Assembly: GCA_036229005.1 (NCBI GenBank)
Contig: JAZAMN010000050.1
Coordinates: 1-64,000, forward strand
DNA: 64,000 nt
Source of the DNA: Myxococcota bacterium
Lineage (GTDB): Bacteria > Myxococcota_A > UBA796 > CAJQPC01
Direction: 5' to 3'
Positions 26,363 through 36,028 of the stretch are shown in pieces (the first letter of the stretch is position 1; every line of letters starts with the position of its first letter). The notes beneath the pieces are model-generated. The model made no database searches, was not told the DNA's origin, and saw only the letters and a list, made by a program, of their open reading frames with translations. A program made the position numbers and the translations under genes.

Positions 26363-27355
26363 GTGCGTGCATTGGTCACTGGCGGGGGCGGATTCCTGGG
26401 ATCCCACATCGCGAGGCTCCTGTTGGAGGCGGGCTACGAGGTCCGGGTGCTCGGGCGGAACCGCTACCCTGAGATGGAAGCGCTGGGCTGTGAGGGCGTG
26501 GTGTGTGACCTCAGCGCCCCAGCCGGCCTCGTGGAGGCGCTGGATGGCGTGGACGTGGTGTTCCATGTTGCCGCGTTGGCCGGGATGTGGGGACCTCGTG
26601 AACGCTACGTCGCTGCGAATGTCACCGCCACGGAGGTCCTGGTAGAAGCGTGCAAGGAGGCGGGTGTGAAGCGCCTCGTCTACACATCCTCGCCGAGTGT
26701 CACGTTCCATGGCCGAGATGAAGAGGGGGTGAGCGAGGAGGACTGCAGCTACCCTGAGAGCTTCCTCTTCCACTACTCGGAGACCAAGGCCATCGCGGAG
26801 CGCTTTGTGTTGGAGGCGAATGGCCCCTCGCTGGCCACGACGGCGCTGCGGCCCCACCTGATCTACGGCCCGGGCGACCCGCACCTGCTGCCCAGGCTGC
26901 TCCAGAGGCAGCGGGCCGGTCGCCTCCGGGTGATCGGGGACGGCCTGAACAAAGTGGCGCTGACCTACGTGGAGAATGCGGCACAAGCCCATCTCCAAGC
27001 GGGGGAGGTCCTGGCTCCTGGGAGCGCAAACGCGGGCAAGGCGTACTTCATCACCGATGCTGAGCCGGTGTTGGTGTGGAAGTGGCTCGAGGACGCCTTC
27101 GTTGCTGTCGGGGCCGGGCCCATCAGGGGCAAGATCAGCGCCACTCTGGCTCTTCGGCTCGCGGGGGTTGCGGAGTGGGTCTGGCGGAGCTTCAACTTGA
27201 GCGGTGAGCCGCCGATCACGCGCTTCACGGTCGCGCAGACCAGTACCAGCCACTGGTACGACCTGGGCGCGGCGGAGCGGGACTTTGGCTACACCCCAAG
27301 GGTCTCGGGAGAAGAGGGGTTCAAGCGCATGGTCGACGCGCTGCGGAGTTCCTGA
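26363..27355 (+). CDS. oleD: OleD, extended SDR 2-alkyl-3-oxoalkanoate reductase
   Basis: VTGGGGFLG, YTSSPSV, YSETK, LRPHLIYGPGD. Confidence 0.88.
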   Translation: MRALVTGGGGFLGSHIARLLLEAGYEVRVLGRNRYPEMEALGCEGVVCDLSAPAGLVEALDGVDVVFHVAALAGMWGPRERYVAANVTATEVLVEACKEAGVKRLVYTSSPSVTFHGRDEEGVSEEDCSYPESFLFHYSETKAIAERFVLEANGPSLATTALRPHLIYGPGDPHLLPRLLQRQRAGRLRVIGDGLNKVALTYVENAAQAHLQAGEVLAPGSANAGKAYFITDAEPVLVWKWLEDAFVAVGAGPIRGKISATLALRLAGVAEWVWRSFNLSGEPPITRFTVAQTSTSHWYDLGAAERDFGYTPRVSGEEGFKRMVDALRSS

Positions 27356-27406
27356 ACGGACTCTGCCTGGGAGCGCCTCGGAGGCCGATTCGCGGGCCGC
27401 TTGGGT

Positions 27407-27444
27407 TGACCCCTGGGTCAGAAAACAAACCCTTGGGTTTTTTT
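27407..27444. promoter_or_regulatory. Tandem palindromes (ACCCNNGGGT x2) between oleD and pfaD: operator pair and/or weak terminator
   Basis: TGACCC-CT-GGGTCA at 27407-27420 and AAACCC-TT-GGGTTT at 27427-27440, running into a T-tract. Confidence 0.45.
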
Positions 27445-27568
27445 GCCCCCCAAGCCCCCGTTTTTCCGGCGCAATGGGCCAACTGCGACGGGAGGGTGTC
27501 GGCAGAAGTGGCCGGAATCCCATAGCTTGCCGGCTGCTCAATGGGCGAGCTGTGCCCAAGGAGAGTGT

Positions 27569-29164
27569 GTGTCCCTGCCTTCTGTTGCTTCCTGGTCTCC
27601 GACTGACCGTCCCCCTGTGTTCTCCGCCGATGGGTTGGCCCAGGCCGTCCACCGTGTCCGTGAGCCGGCCTTTGTGGTTCAGGCCGCCAATGGCTCGGTG
27701 GGACTCGCGTTCGGGGGCCAGCTTGAGGCGCAGGGGCAGTGGCCGGTTCTGGCGACGCTGCCGGCTCTCTACCCGGAGTGGCTGGGAGACCGGAGCTTCT
27801 GTGAGGTCCATGGGACGCGCTACCCGTACTGCAGCGGCGCGATGGCCAACGGCATCGCCACGACCCGGCTGGTGAAGGCGATGGCCTCGGCAGGATGCAT
27901 GGGCTTCTTTGGCTCTGCGGGGTTGCCCTACGGCCAGGTGGTGGACGCCGTCGCGGAGCTCAAGCGGGACCTGGGGGAGGGGGCGCCCTGGGGAGTCAAC
28001 CTCATCCACAGCCCCAATGAGCCGGATCTGGAGCAGCAGCTCGCTGATCTCTACCTGCGGGAGGGGGTCCGCAGAGTGAGCGCTGCTGCCTACATGGCGC
28101 TGACGCCGATGATTGTGCAGTACGCGGTCACAGGGTTGACTCAGGATTCCGAGGGGCGGATCCACCGGAAGAACTACGTGTTCGCGAAGATCAGCCGCCC
28201 TGAGGTCGCTGCGCATTTCATGTCGCCCGCTCCCAAGGCGATGCTTGACAAGCTGGTCGCGCAGGGCCGGATCAGCGCCGATGAGGCCCGGCTGGCTGCG
28301 AAGGTGCCTGTGGCCGAGGACTACACGGTGGAGGCCGACTCCGGTGGGCACACCGACAACCGCTCGCTGACCGCGCTCTTTCCCATCATCCTGGCGCTCC
28401 GGGACCGCCTGGCGAGGGAGCATGGGTTCACCCGGCCCATCCGGGTCGGGGCTGCCGGTGGTCTGGGCACTCCGAGTGCCGCCGCTGCAGCATTCGCGTT
28501 GGGCGCCGCCTACATCCTCACCGGCTCGGTCAACCAGGGTGCCGTCGAGTCGGGCCTCTGCGCGGAGGGCCGCAAGATGCTGGCCCAGGCTGGCATGGCC
28601 GACGTGGTGATGGCGCCTGCCGCCGACATGTTCGAGCTCGGCGTCGAGGTCCAGGTCCTCCGTCGGGGGACCATGTTCGGCGTGCGGGCCAAGAAGCTCT
28701 ACGAGCTGTACCTGGCCCATGGGAGCATCGACGAGATCCCCGCCGACGAGCGCCTCCGGCTTGAGAAGACGGTGTTCCAGCGCAGCCTGGTTGAGGTCTG
28801 GGAGGACTGCGTGTCCTTCTTCAGTCAGCGCGACCCCAAGGAACTCGAGCGCGCGGCGCGCGACCCCAAGCACAAGATGGCCCTGATCTTCCGCTGGTAC
28901 CTGGGGCAGTCGAGCCGCTGGGCAATCCGCGGGGTGGAGGGCCGCCGCCTGGACTACCAGATCTGGTGTGGTCCGGCGATGGGCTCGTTCAATGATTGGG
29001 TCAAGGGGTCCTTCATGGAGGATCCCGAGGCTCGCCAGGCCATCCAGATCGCCAGAAATCTCCTGGAGGGCGCCGCTGTCATCACGCGAGCACAGCAGCT
29101 CCGCAGCTACGGCGCCCCCATCCCCGCATCCGCATTCTCCTACTCCCCCCGGCCCCTGGCCTGA
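27569..29164 (+). CDS. pfaD: PUFA synthase enoyl reductase (PfaD/Pfa1)
   Basis: GAMANGI, VEADSGGHTDNR, GAAGGLGTP, MAPAADMFE.G, YQIWCGPAMG; start placed at GTG 27569 after AAGGAG. Confidence 0.93.
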   Translation: MSLPSVASWSPTDRPPVFSADGLAQAVHRVREPAFVVQAANGSVGLAFGGQLEAQGQWPVLATLPALYPEWLGDRSFCEVHGTRYPYCSGAMANGIATTRLVKAMASAGCMGFFGSAGLPYGQVVDAVAELKRDLGEGAPWGVNLIHSPNEPDLEQQLADLYLREGVRRVSAAAYMALTPMIVQYAVTGLTQDSEGRIHRKNYVFAKISRPEVAAHFMSPAPKAMLDKLVAQGRISADEARLAAKVPVAEDYTVEADSGGHTDNRSLTALFPIILALRDRLAREHGFTRPIRVGAAGGLGTPSAAAAAFALGAAYILTGSVNQGAVESGLCAEGRKMLAQAGMADVVMAPAADMFELGVEVQVLRRGTMFGVRAKKLYELYLAHGSIDEIPADERLRLEKTVFQRSLVEVWEDCVSFFSQRDPKELERAARDPKHKMALIFRWYLGQSSRWAIRGVEGRRLDYQIWCGPAMGSFNDWVKGSFMEDPEARQAIQIARNLLEGAAVITRAQQLRSYGAPIPASAFSYSPRPLA

Positions 29165-29176
29165 GCGAGGACCGTC

Positions 29177-32100
29177 ATGAGCATCAAGCCCTCTCCCATC
29201 GCCGTTGTCGGTGTCTCTGCCCTCTTCCCGGGGTCCCAGGACGGGACCGGATTCTGGAAGGACATCCTGGCCGGTAGCGACCTGGTCAAGGAGATCCCGG
29301 CCAGCCACTGGCTGCGCGACGACTACCACCATCCTGAGCTCAACACGCAGGACATGACCTACGCGACGCGGGGTGCGTTCCTGGATGACATCGCGTTTGA
29401 CGCGATGAGCTGGGGCGTCCCTCCCAAGATCGTGCCGGCCACGGACAGCGCGCAGCTCTTGGCGCTGATCCTGGCACAGCGGGTCCTCGACGATGCCACT
29501 CGTGGGCAGTTCAAGGACATGGACAAGTCCCGCACTTCGGTGATCCTGGGTGTGACGTCGGCCCAGGAGCTGCTCGGGACCATGGTCAGCCGCCTGCAGC
29601 ACCCTGTGTGGCGGAAGGCGCTGCGGGATGCCGGGCTCCCCGAGTCCAAGGTGGAGGAGGCCGTGCAGCGTATCTCCGACCACTACGTGCCTTGGCAGGA
29701 GAGCACCTTCCCCGGACTGCTCGGCAACGTGGTCGCTGGGCGCATCGCAAACCGGCTGGACCTCGGTGGCACCAACTGTGTGACCGACGCGGCCTGCGCC
29801 TCCGCATTTGCGGCGGTGTCGATGGCGGTGAACGAGCTCTACCTGGGCCAGTCGGACCTGGTGATCACCGGCGGTGTGGACACCATGAACGACATCTTCA
29901 TGTACATGTGCTTTGCGCAGACCACCGCGCTCAGCCGCAGCGGCGATGTGAAGCCCTTCTCGGATGAGGCGGATGGCACCCTGCTGGGCGAGGGGCTCGG
30001 CATGGTGGCGCTCAAGCGCCTTGAGGACGCCGAGCGTGATGGCGACCGGATCTACGCGCTGATCCAGGGGGTTGGCAGCTCCTCCGACGGGCGCTCCAAG
30101 TCGGTCTACGCGCCCGTGAGCGAGGGACAGGCCAAGGCGCTGAACCGGGCCCATGATGCTGCCGGGTTCGAGCGGAACACCGTGGAGCTGATCGAGGCCC
30201 ACGGCACCGGCACCAAGGCTGGTGATGCGGCCGAGTTCAACGGGCTGAAGCTGGCGTTCGACCGGGGACAGTCGGAGCGACAGTGGTGTGCGCTCGGGAG
30301 CGTGAAGTCGCAGATCGGTCACGCCAAGGCTGCTGCTGGCGCAGCGGGCCTCTTCAAGGCGGTGATGGCGCTGCACCACAAGGTGCTGCCCCCGACCATC
30401 AAGGTCGACCGGCCCAACCCGAAGCTCAACCTGGAGCAGACGCCGTTCTACCTGAACCTGCGGCCTCGCCCTTGGGTTCGCGGTGCTGACCATCCGCGGC
30501 GGGCAGGCGTGTCGAGCTTTGGCTTCGGCGGCTCGAACTTCCACCTGGCGCTCGAGGAGTACACCGGGGAAGGGGAGCAGGCGCTCCGACTCGAGGTGGG
30601 CAAGCACCACCTGTTCGTGATGGGGGCGCAGAGCGCTGAGGCCTTGGCGACGGCGCTTGGGGCGGTCAGCTTCCCGGCTGAGGATGGCAAGCGAGAGGGC
30701 CTGCTGGCCTGGCTCGCCAAGGACAGCCAACTGAACTTCGACGCGAGCGCAGCCGCTCGGGTCGCGATCGTCGCGGAGTCGTTGGAGGACCTGGAGGCCA
30801 AGCTGAAGCTTGCTGCGGACAGCATCCGGAGCAAGGGCAAGGCATTCTCCAGCCCCAAGGGGATCTACTTTGGGCTGGGCAAGGTCGAGGGCAAGCTGGC
30901 GTTCCTGTTCCCCGGGCAGGGGAGCCAATACCTGGACATGGGGGCGGAGCTGGCCATGGCTTGGCCGCAGGCGCTCAGTGCTTGGGACCAGGCCGCCGAT
31001 GTCCAGATGGGCGAGAAGGGGCTCCATCAGGTCGTCTTCCCCATCGATGTGTTCGACAAGGCGGACAAGGATGCCCAGCTCGCCGAGCTGACGGCCACCC
31101 AGTGGGCCCAGCCGGCGATCGGTGCCTGTTCGCTGGCGCAGCTCCGGCTTCTGGAGGCGGTCGGCCTCAAGCCGGACGCCGTCGCGGGGCACTCCTACGG
31201 TGAGGTCACCGCGCTGCACGCTGCAGGTGTGTTCGACGCAGCGACCATGCTGCGTGTTGCGCGCAAGCGCGGCGAGCTGATGAACGAGGCCGCCGCTCAG
31301 CCGGGCTCCATGACGGCCGTTTCGGCGGACATCGATGAGGTGAAGGCAGCCCTGGAAGGCAGCGGCATCGCAGTGGTCGTCGCGAACCACAACAGCCCGC
31401 GCCAGGTGGTGCTGTCCGGGCGGACCGAGGCCCTCGAGGAGGCTGAGGCGCTGCTGACCAAGAAGGAGCTCGCCTTCCAGCGGCTGGCTGTCGCGACCGC
31501 GTTCCATTCGGAGGTGGTGTCCGGATCCGTCGCGCCCTTCGCCGAGTTCCTGGCCGGGCTGGAGATGGCTGGCCCGCAGATCCCGGTCTACGCGAACTCC
31601 GAGGCTGCTCCGTACCCTTCGGACGTGTCGGAGATGAAGCGCCTGCTCAGCGGGCAGATCGCGTCGTCCGTTCGATTCGTGGAGCAGATCGAGGCCATGT
31701 ACGAGGCGGGGGTGCGGACCTTCGTCGAGGTGGGCCCCCACTCGGTGCTCACCGGCCTGACAGGCCGGATCCTCAAGGGCAAGGAGGGCGCTGCAGCGAT
31801 CTTCACGGATCGGAAGCGCCGCTCCGGTGTGCACAGCTTCCTCAGTGCGCTGGGGGAGCTGGTCGCCCTCGGACACGCGGTCGACTTCAGCGCCCTCTGG
31901 GAGGGGCTGCGGGTCGGTGATGACCCGCGCGAGCGCACCCTCCCGAAGTTCACGATTCCCGTGAACGGAACCAACGTCGGCAAGCCCTACCCGCCCCCGG
32001 GGGGGAGCGCGGCGCTGCCGGGGCCCAACCCTGAGGTCGAGCCTGAGGTGATCGTGAAGGAAGTGGTGAAGGAAGTCATCAAGGAGGTTGAGGTGATCAA

Positions 32101-35100
32101 GGAGGTCCCTGTCGAGGTGCATGTTCCCGTTGCGGGCTCCGCTCAGGCGGTGCACACGGCTGCTCCGACGATGCACACCTCGGCCCAGGCTCCTGCCGTC
32201 GCCGCAGCACCGCTGGACAGCGGCGTGCTCGGTGCGTTCCAGGATGCGCAGCGTCAGACCATGGAGGCGCATGCAAGCTGGCAGAAGGCGATGGCGGACA
32301 CGCACATGGCTTTCCTGCAGAGCGTTGAGCAGTCGTTTGCTGGGCTGAACCAGCTCATGGGAGCCGCTCCGGTGCGTGCGGCCGCCCTGGCACCGGTCGC
32401 GATGTCCCCGGCGCAGCCGGTGGCCGCTGCACCTCGGCCGATGCCTACGCCTGCACCTGTCCAGGCTCGGATGCCCGAAGCGCAGCCGGTCGCCACACCG
32501 GCTCCGAGCGCTGCTCCCCGGCCTCAAGTGTCGAACACCTCGGCCACTCCTCGCCTGGACAACCTGCTCAGCCCAGCGGCGGAGGCCAAGCCTGCTCCTG
32601 CGGTGAAGCCTGCAGTGGTGAAGGCTGTTCCCGCTGCTCCTTCCCTTGACCTGGCCGCGCTGCTGCTCAAGGTGGTCGCGGCGAAGACTGGCTACCCCGA
32701 GGAGATGCTGTCTTCCGAGATGGACCTGGAGGCGGACCTGGGCGTGGACTCGATCAAGCGGGTGGAGATCCTGAGCGCGATGCGCGAGGAGGCGCCCGAG
32801 CTGCCCGAGGTGGACGCCGGTGAGATGTCGGCGCTCCGTACCCTGGGTCAGATCGCGGAGTACATGGGGGCTGCCGCTGGCGCGAGCGTCTCTGCAGCGC
32901 CTGCTGCTGCTGCCCTGCCTGCAGGTCTGGACCTGAACGCGCTGCTGCTCAAGGTGGTCGCGGAGAAGACCGGGTACCCCGAGGAGATGCTGTCCTCCGA
33001 GATGGATCTGGAGGCGGACCTGGGCGTGGACTCGATCAAGCGGGTGGAGATCCTGAGCGCGATGCGTGAGGAGGCTCCCGAGCTCCCCGAGGTGGACGCC
33101 GGTGAGATGGCCGCGCTCCGTACCTTGGGGCAGATCGCTGAGTACATGGGGGCTGCCGCTGGTGCGGGCGTCTCCGCAGCGCCTGCTGCTGCTGCTGCCC
33201 TGCCTGCAGGTCTGGACCTGAACGCGCTGCTGCTCAAGGTGGTCGCGGAGAAGACTGGCTACCCCGTCGAGATGCTGTCTTCGGAGATGGACCTGGAGGC
33301 GGACCTGGGCGTGGACTCGATCAAGCGTGTCGAGATCCTGAGCGCGATGCGCGAGGAGGCCCCTGAGCTTCCCGAGGTGGACGCCGGTGAGATGGCCGCG
33401 CTCCGGACCCTGGGTCAGATCGCTGAGTACATGGGGGCTGCTGCTGGTGTCGCCGCTCCCGCTGCTCCGGCGCCCGCAGTGGCGGCTCCTGCCGGTCCGA
33501 GCCTGGACCTGAACGCGCTGCTGATGAAGGTCGTGGCGGAGAAGACCGGGTACCCCGCGGAGATGCTGTCTTCGGGGATGGACCTGGAGGCGGACTTGGG
33601 GATCGACTCCATCAAGCGGGTGGAGATCCTGAGCGCGATGCGCGAGGAGGCTCCTGAGCTTCCCGAGGTGGACGCCGGCGAGATGGCCGCCCTCCGTACC
33701 CTGGGGCAGATCGTGGAGTACATGGGCCAGGCCGGTGGTGGGGCTACGGCTCCCAAGGCAGCTCCTGTGTCCGGCCCGACCGCCGCAGAGGCCGGTGTGT
33801 CCCGCTACGTGTTGGACGCTGAGGAGGCGGAGGCCGCCGGTCTGACGCTGCCTGGCTTGGGCCAGGGGGTCTGGCTGCTTCCGGATGACCAGGGCGTGGC
33901 CGAGGCGCTCGCCGCGGTCCTGTCGAACGCTGGGATTCAGGTCCGGGTGGGAGATTCGCCTGGGAGCGAGAAGGCGCTGGTTGCGCTCAAGGGCCTCAGC
34001 GAGCTGGACGGCGTTGCTGCTGATCAGGCTGCGTTGGAGGTCTTCCGGGCAGCGCGGGCGGTCGCGGGAGACTGCGCGGCCTTCGTGACTGTGCAAGACA
34101 CCGGAGGAGATTTCGGTCTCCGCGGTGCGGGCAACCCCTGGTTGGGCGGCTTCGCGGGGCTGGCCAAGACGGCCGCCCTGGAGTGGCCGGCCGCGGGGGT
34201 GAAGGCCATCGACCTGGAGAAGGGGGGCCGCTCCGCACAGGAGCTGGCCCAGGCCATCGCCGGTGAGCTGCTGGCGGGTGGACCCGAGCGCGAGGTCGGC
34301 CTGCAGGCGGACGGGACGCGGGTTCGCCTGCTCAGCCGTGAGGCAGAGGTGGAAGGCGGTGCTGCGTCGGTCGATGCGGACAGCGTCCTGCTGGTCTCCG
34401 GCGGCGCTCGGGGGGTGACGGCTGCGACGGTCATCGCCCTGGGGCAGGCCACCAAGGCCAGCTTCGTGCTGTTGGGCCGGACCCAGCTCGGGGACGAGCC
34501 TGCGGCGGTCGCTGGGCTCAGCTCCGACGCTGAGATGAAGCGCGCGCTGCTGGTCGCGGCCAAGAACAGCGGGCAGGCCATCACGCCGGCCGAGCTCGGA
34601 AAGACGGTGAAGAAGGTCATGGCCTGGCGCGAGATCCGCGCCACGCTCAAGGCCCTCGAGGCCGCCGGCTCCAAGGCGCGGTACGTGAGCGTGAGCGTGA
34701 CGGACGCTCCGGCGCTGGGAGCGCTGGTTCAGGAGGTCGAGTCCCAGTGGGGCCCGGTCACCGGGGTCATCCACGGTGCTGGCGTGCTCGCCGACAAGGC
34801 GATCGTCGACAAGACCGACGACCAGTTCCAGTTGGTCTACAACACCAAGATCCAGGGCCTCCGGGCGCTGATGGAGGCGACCAAGCAGAGCCCGATCCGT
34901 ACCTGGGTCCAGTTCTCCTCCGTCGCGGCTCGCGCGGGGAACACCGGGCAGTGTGACTACGCGATGGCCAACGAGGTGTTGAACAAGACGGCCGGCCAGA
35001 TGGCGGCTCAGCATCCCGATTGGACGGTGAAGTCCCTGAACTGGGGCCCCTGGGAGGGGGGCATGGTCACGCCGGCCCTCAAGGCGCGCTTCCAGTCCCT

Positions 35101-36025
35101 GGGGGTGCCGCTGATTCCACTGGAGGTGGGCGCTCGGATGCTCGTGGACGAGCTCCAGGGGAGTGCACGCAGCCGCGTGGAGCTGGTCTTGGGCGGTGAG
35201 CCCAAGCCCGAGGCGCTGCTCTCGGAGGGAAATGACGGGGGCGCCGACACCTTCGAGGTCCGTGTCGGCGCCGGATCCCACGCATGGCTGCAGGACCACA
35301 GCATCAAGGAGACCCCGGTCGTTCCGGTCGTGCTCGTCCTGGAGTGGTTCGCTCGGGCCGCGAAGGCCGCCCGTCCGGATCTGCGCCTGGTCGCCTGCGA
35401 GGACCTGCGGGTGCTCAAGGGCATCAACCTGGAGCGCTTCAAGGAGGAGGGCCACGGCTTCCGCATCCAGGTGCGTCAGCTCTCCAACGGCCAGGGCGTC
35501 GTCTTGGGCATGGAGCTGCTCGGTGCCGAGGATCGCCGTCACTACAGCGCACGGGCCGTGATGGCACAGCGCACGGACGCCTTGAGCGCGGCTGACACCC
35601 TCTCCAGTCTTGAAGACTGGAAGGGCGAGGTCTATGGCGATGTGCTCTTCCATGGTCCGGAGCTCCAGGTCATCACCGACCTTGAAGGGGTCTCCGATGA
35701 GGGCCTCGCCGCGCGACTGAGCGGTACGGCGGAGCGAAGCTGGCAGCCGGAGCCCTGGAAGACCGACGTGGCCGCAATGGACGGTGGGCTCCAGATGGCG
35801 CTCCTGTGGGCCAAGCGGATGCTGGGTGGCGCGAGCCTCCCGACCGCGGTCGGTCGCTACGAAGGCACCGGTGAGCTCCCCAGCGGGCCCATCAGCGCTG
35901 TGCTGCGGGGCAAGGTCGTCGGAAGCTCCAAGACCGTGTCGGAGATCGTCTTCACCTCGGAGCAGGGGGAGCCCATCGCCCGCCTCTCCGGCGTCGAGAC
36001 CCACTTGCTGCCCAAGCGGAGCTGA
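29177..36025 (+). CDS. pfaA: PUFA synthase PfaA/Pfa2: KS-MAT-4xACP-KR-PKS-type DH
   Basis: KS DAACAS/EAHGTGT/GHAKAAAG; AT GHSYG/AFHS; four LG(V/I)DSIKRVEIL ACPs; KR GGARGVT/DYAMAN; DH WLQDH...PVVP. Confidence 0.95.
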   Translation: MSIKPSPIAVVGVSALFPGSQDGTGFWKDILAGSDLVKEIPASHWLRDDYHHPELNTQDMTYATRGAFLDDIAFDAMSWGVPPKIVPATDSAQLLALILAQRVLDDATRGQFKDMDKSRTSVILGVTSAQELLGTMVSRLQHPVWRKALRDAGLPESKVEEAVQRISDHYVPWQESTFPGLLGNVVAGRIANRLDLGGTNCVTDAACASAFAAVSMAVNELYLGQSDLVITGGVDTMNDIFMYMCFAQTTALSRSGDVKPFSDEADGTLLGEGLGMVALKRLEDAERDGDRIYALIQGVGSSSDGRSKSVYAPVSEGQAKALNRAHDAAGFERNTVELIEAHGTGTKAGDAAEFNGLKLAFDRGQSERQWCALGSVKSQIGHAKAAAGAAGLFKAVMALHHKVLPPTIKVDRPNPKLNLEQTPFYLNLRPRPWVRGADHPRRAGVSSFGFGGSNFHLALEEYTGEGEQALRLEVGKHHLFVMGAQSAEALATALGAVSFPAEDGKREGLLAWLAKDSQLNFDASAAARVAIVAESLEDLEAKLKLAADSIRSKGKAFSSPKGIYFGLGKVEGKLAFLFPGQGSQYLDMGAELAMAWPQALSAWDQAADVQMGEKGLHQVVFPIDVFDKADKDAQLAELTATQWAQPAIGACSLAQLRLLEAVGLKPDAVAGHSYGEVTALHAAGVFDAATMLRVARKRGELMNEAAAQPGSMTAVSADIDEVKAALEGSGIAVVVANHNSPRQVVLSGRTEALEEAEALLTKKELAFQRLAVATAFHSEVVSGSVAPFAEFLAGLEMAGPQIPVYANSEAAPYPSDVSEMKRLLSGQIASSVRFVEQIEAMYEAGVRTFVEVGPHSVLTGLTGRILKGKEGAAAIFTDRKRRSGVHSFLSALGELVALGHAVDFSALWEGLRVGDDPRERTLPKFTIPVNGTNVGKPYPPPGGSAALPGPNPEVEPEVIVKEVVKEVIKEVEVIKEVPVEVHVPVAGSAQAVHTAAPTMHTSAQAPAVAAAPLDSGVLGAFQDAQRQTMEAHASWQKAMADTHMAFLQSVEQSFAGLNQLMGAAPVRAAALAPVAMSPAQPVAAAPRPMPTPAPVQARMPEAQPVATPAPSAAPRPQVSNTSATPRLDNLLSPAAEAKPAPAVKPAVVKAVPAAPSLDLAALLLKVVAAKTGYPEEMLSSEMDLEADLGVDSIKRVEILSAMREEAPELPEVDAGEMSALRTLGQIAEYMGAAAGASVSAAPAAAALPAGLDLNALLLKVVAEKTGYPEEMLSSEMDLEADLGVDSIKRVEILSAMREEAPELPEVDAGEMAALRTLGQIAEYMGAAAGAGVSAAPAAAAALPAGLDLNALLLKVVAEKTGYPVEMLSSEMDLEADLGVDSIKRVEILSAMREEAPELPEVDAGEMAALRTLGQIAEYMGAAAGVAAPAAPAPAVAAPAGPSLDLNALLMKVVAEKTGYPAEMLSSGMDLEADLGIDSIKRVEILSAMREEAPELPEVDAGEMAALRTLGQIVEYMGQAGGGATAPKAAPVSGPTAAEAGVSRYVLDAEEAEAAGLTLPGLGQGVWLLPDDQGVAEALAAVLSNAGIQVRVGDSPGSEKALVALKGLSELDGVAADQAALEVFRAARAVAGDCAAFVTVQDTGGDFGLRGAGNPWLGGFAGLAKTAALEWPAAGVKAIDLEKGGRSAQELAQAIAGELLAGGPEREVGLQADGTRVRLLSREAEVEGGAASVDADSVLLVSGGARGVTAATVIALGQATKASFVLLGRTQLGDEPAAVAGLSSDAEMKRALLVAAKNSGQAITPAELGKTVKKVMAWREIRATLKALEAAGSKARYVSVSVTDAPALGALVQEVESQWGPVTGVIHGAGVLADKAIVDKTDDQFQLVYNTKIQGLRALMEATKQSPIRTWVQFSSVAARAGNTGQCDYAMANEVLNKTAGQMAAQHPDWTVKSLNWGPWEGGMVTPALKARFQSLGVPLIPLEVGARMLVDELQGSARSRVELVLGGEPKPEALLSEGNDGGADTFEVRVGAGSHAWLQDHSIKETPVVPVVLVLEWFARAAKAARPDLRLVACEDLRVLKGINLERFKEEGHGFRIQVRQLSNGQGVVLGMELLGAEDRRHYSARAVMAQRTDALSAADTLSSLEDWKGEVYGDVLFHGPELQVITDLEGVSDEGLAARLSGTAERSWQPEPWKTDVAAMDGGLQMALLWAKRMLGGASLPTAVGRYEGTGELPSGPISAVLRGKVVGSSKTVSEIVFTSEQGEPIARLSGVETHLLPKRS
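32645..33730 (+). repeat. Four near-identical ~290-bp ACP-coding tandem repeats
   Basis: Recurring gacctg..cgcgctgctgctcaaggtggtcgcg...gagtacatggg units inside pfaA. Confidence 0.9.
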
Positions 36026-36028
36026 ACG

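Noticed and set aside
32645..33730. Repeat array as CRISPR or mobile element
   Set aside because: The repeats are in-frame ACP domains of ~290 bp with no spacers or cas genes
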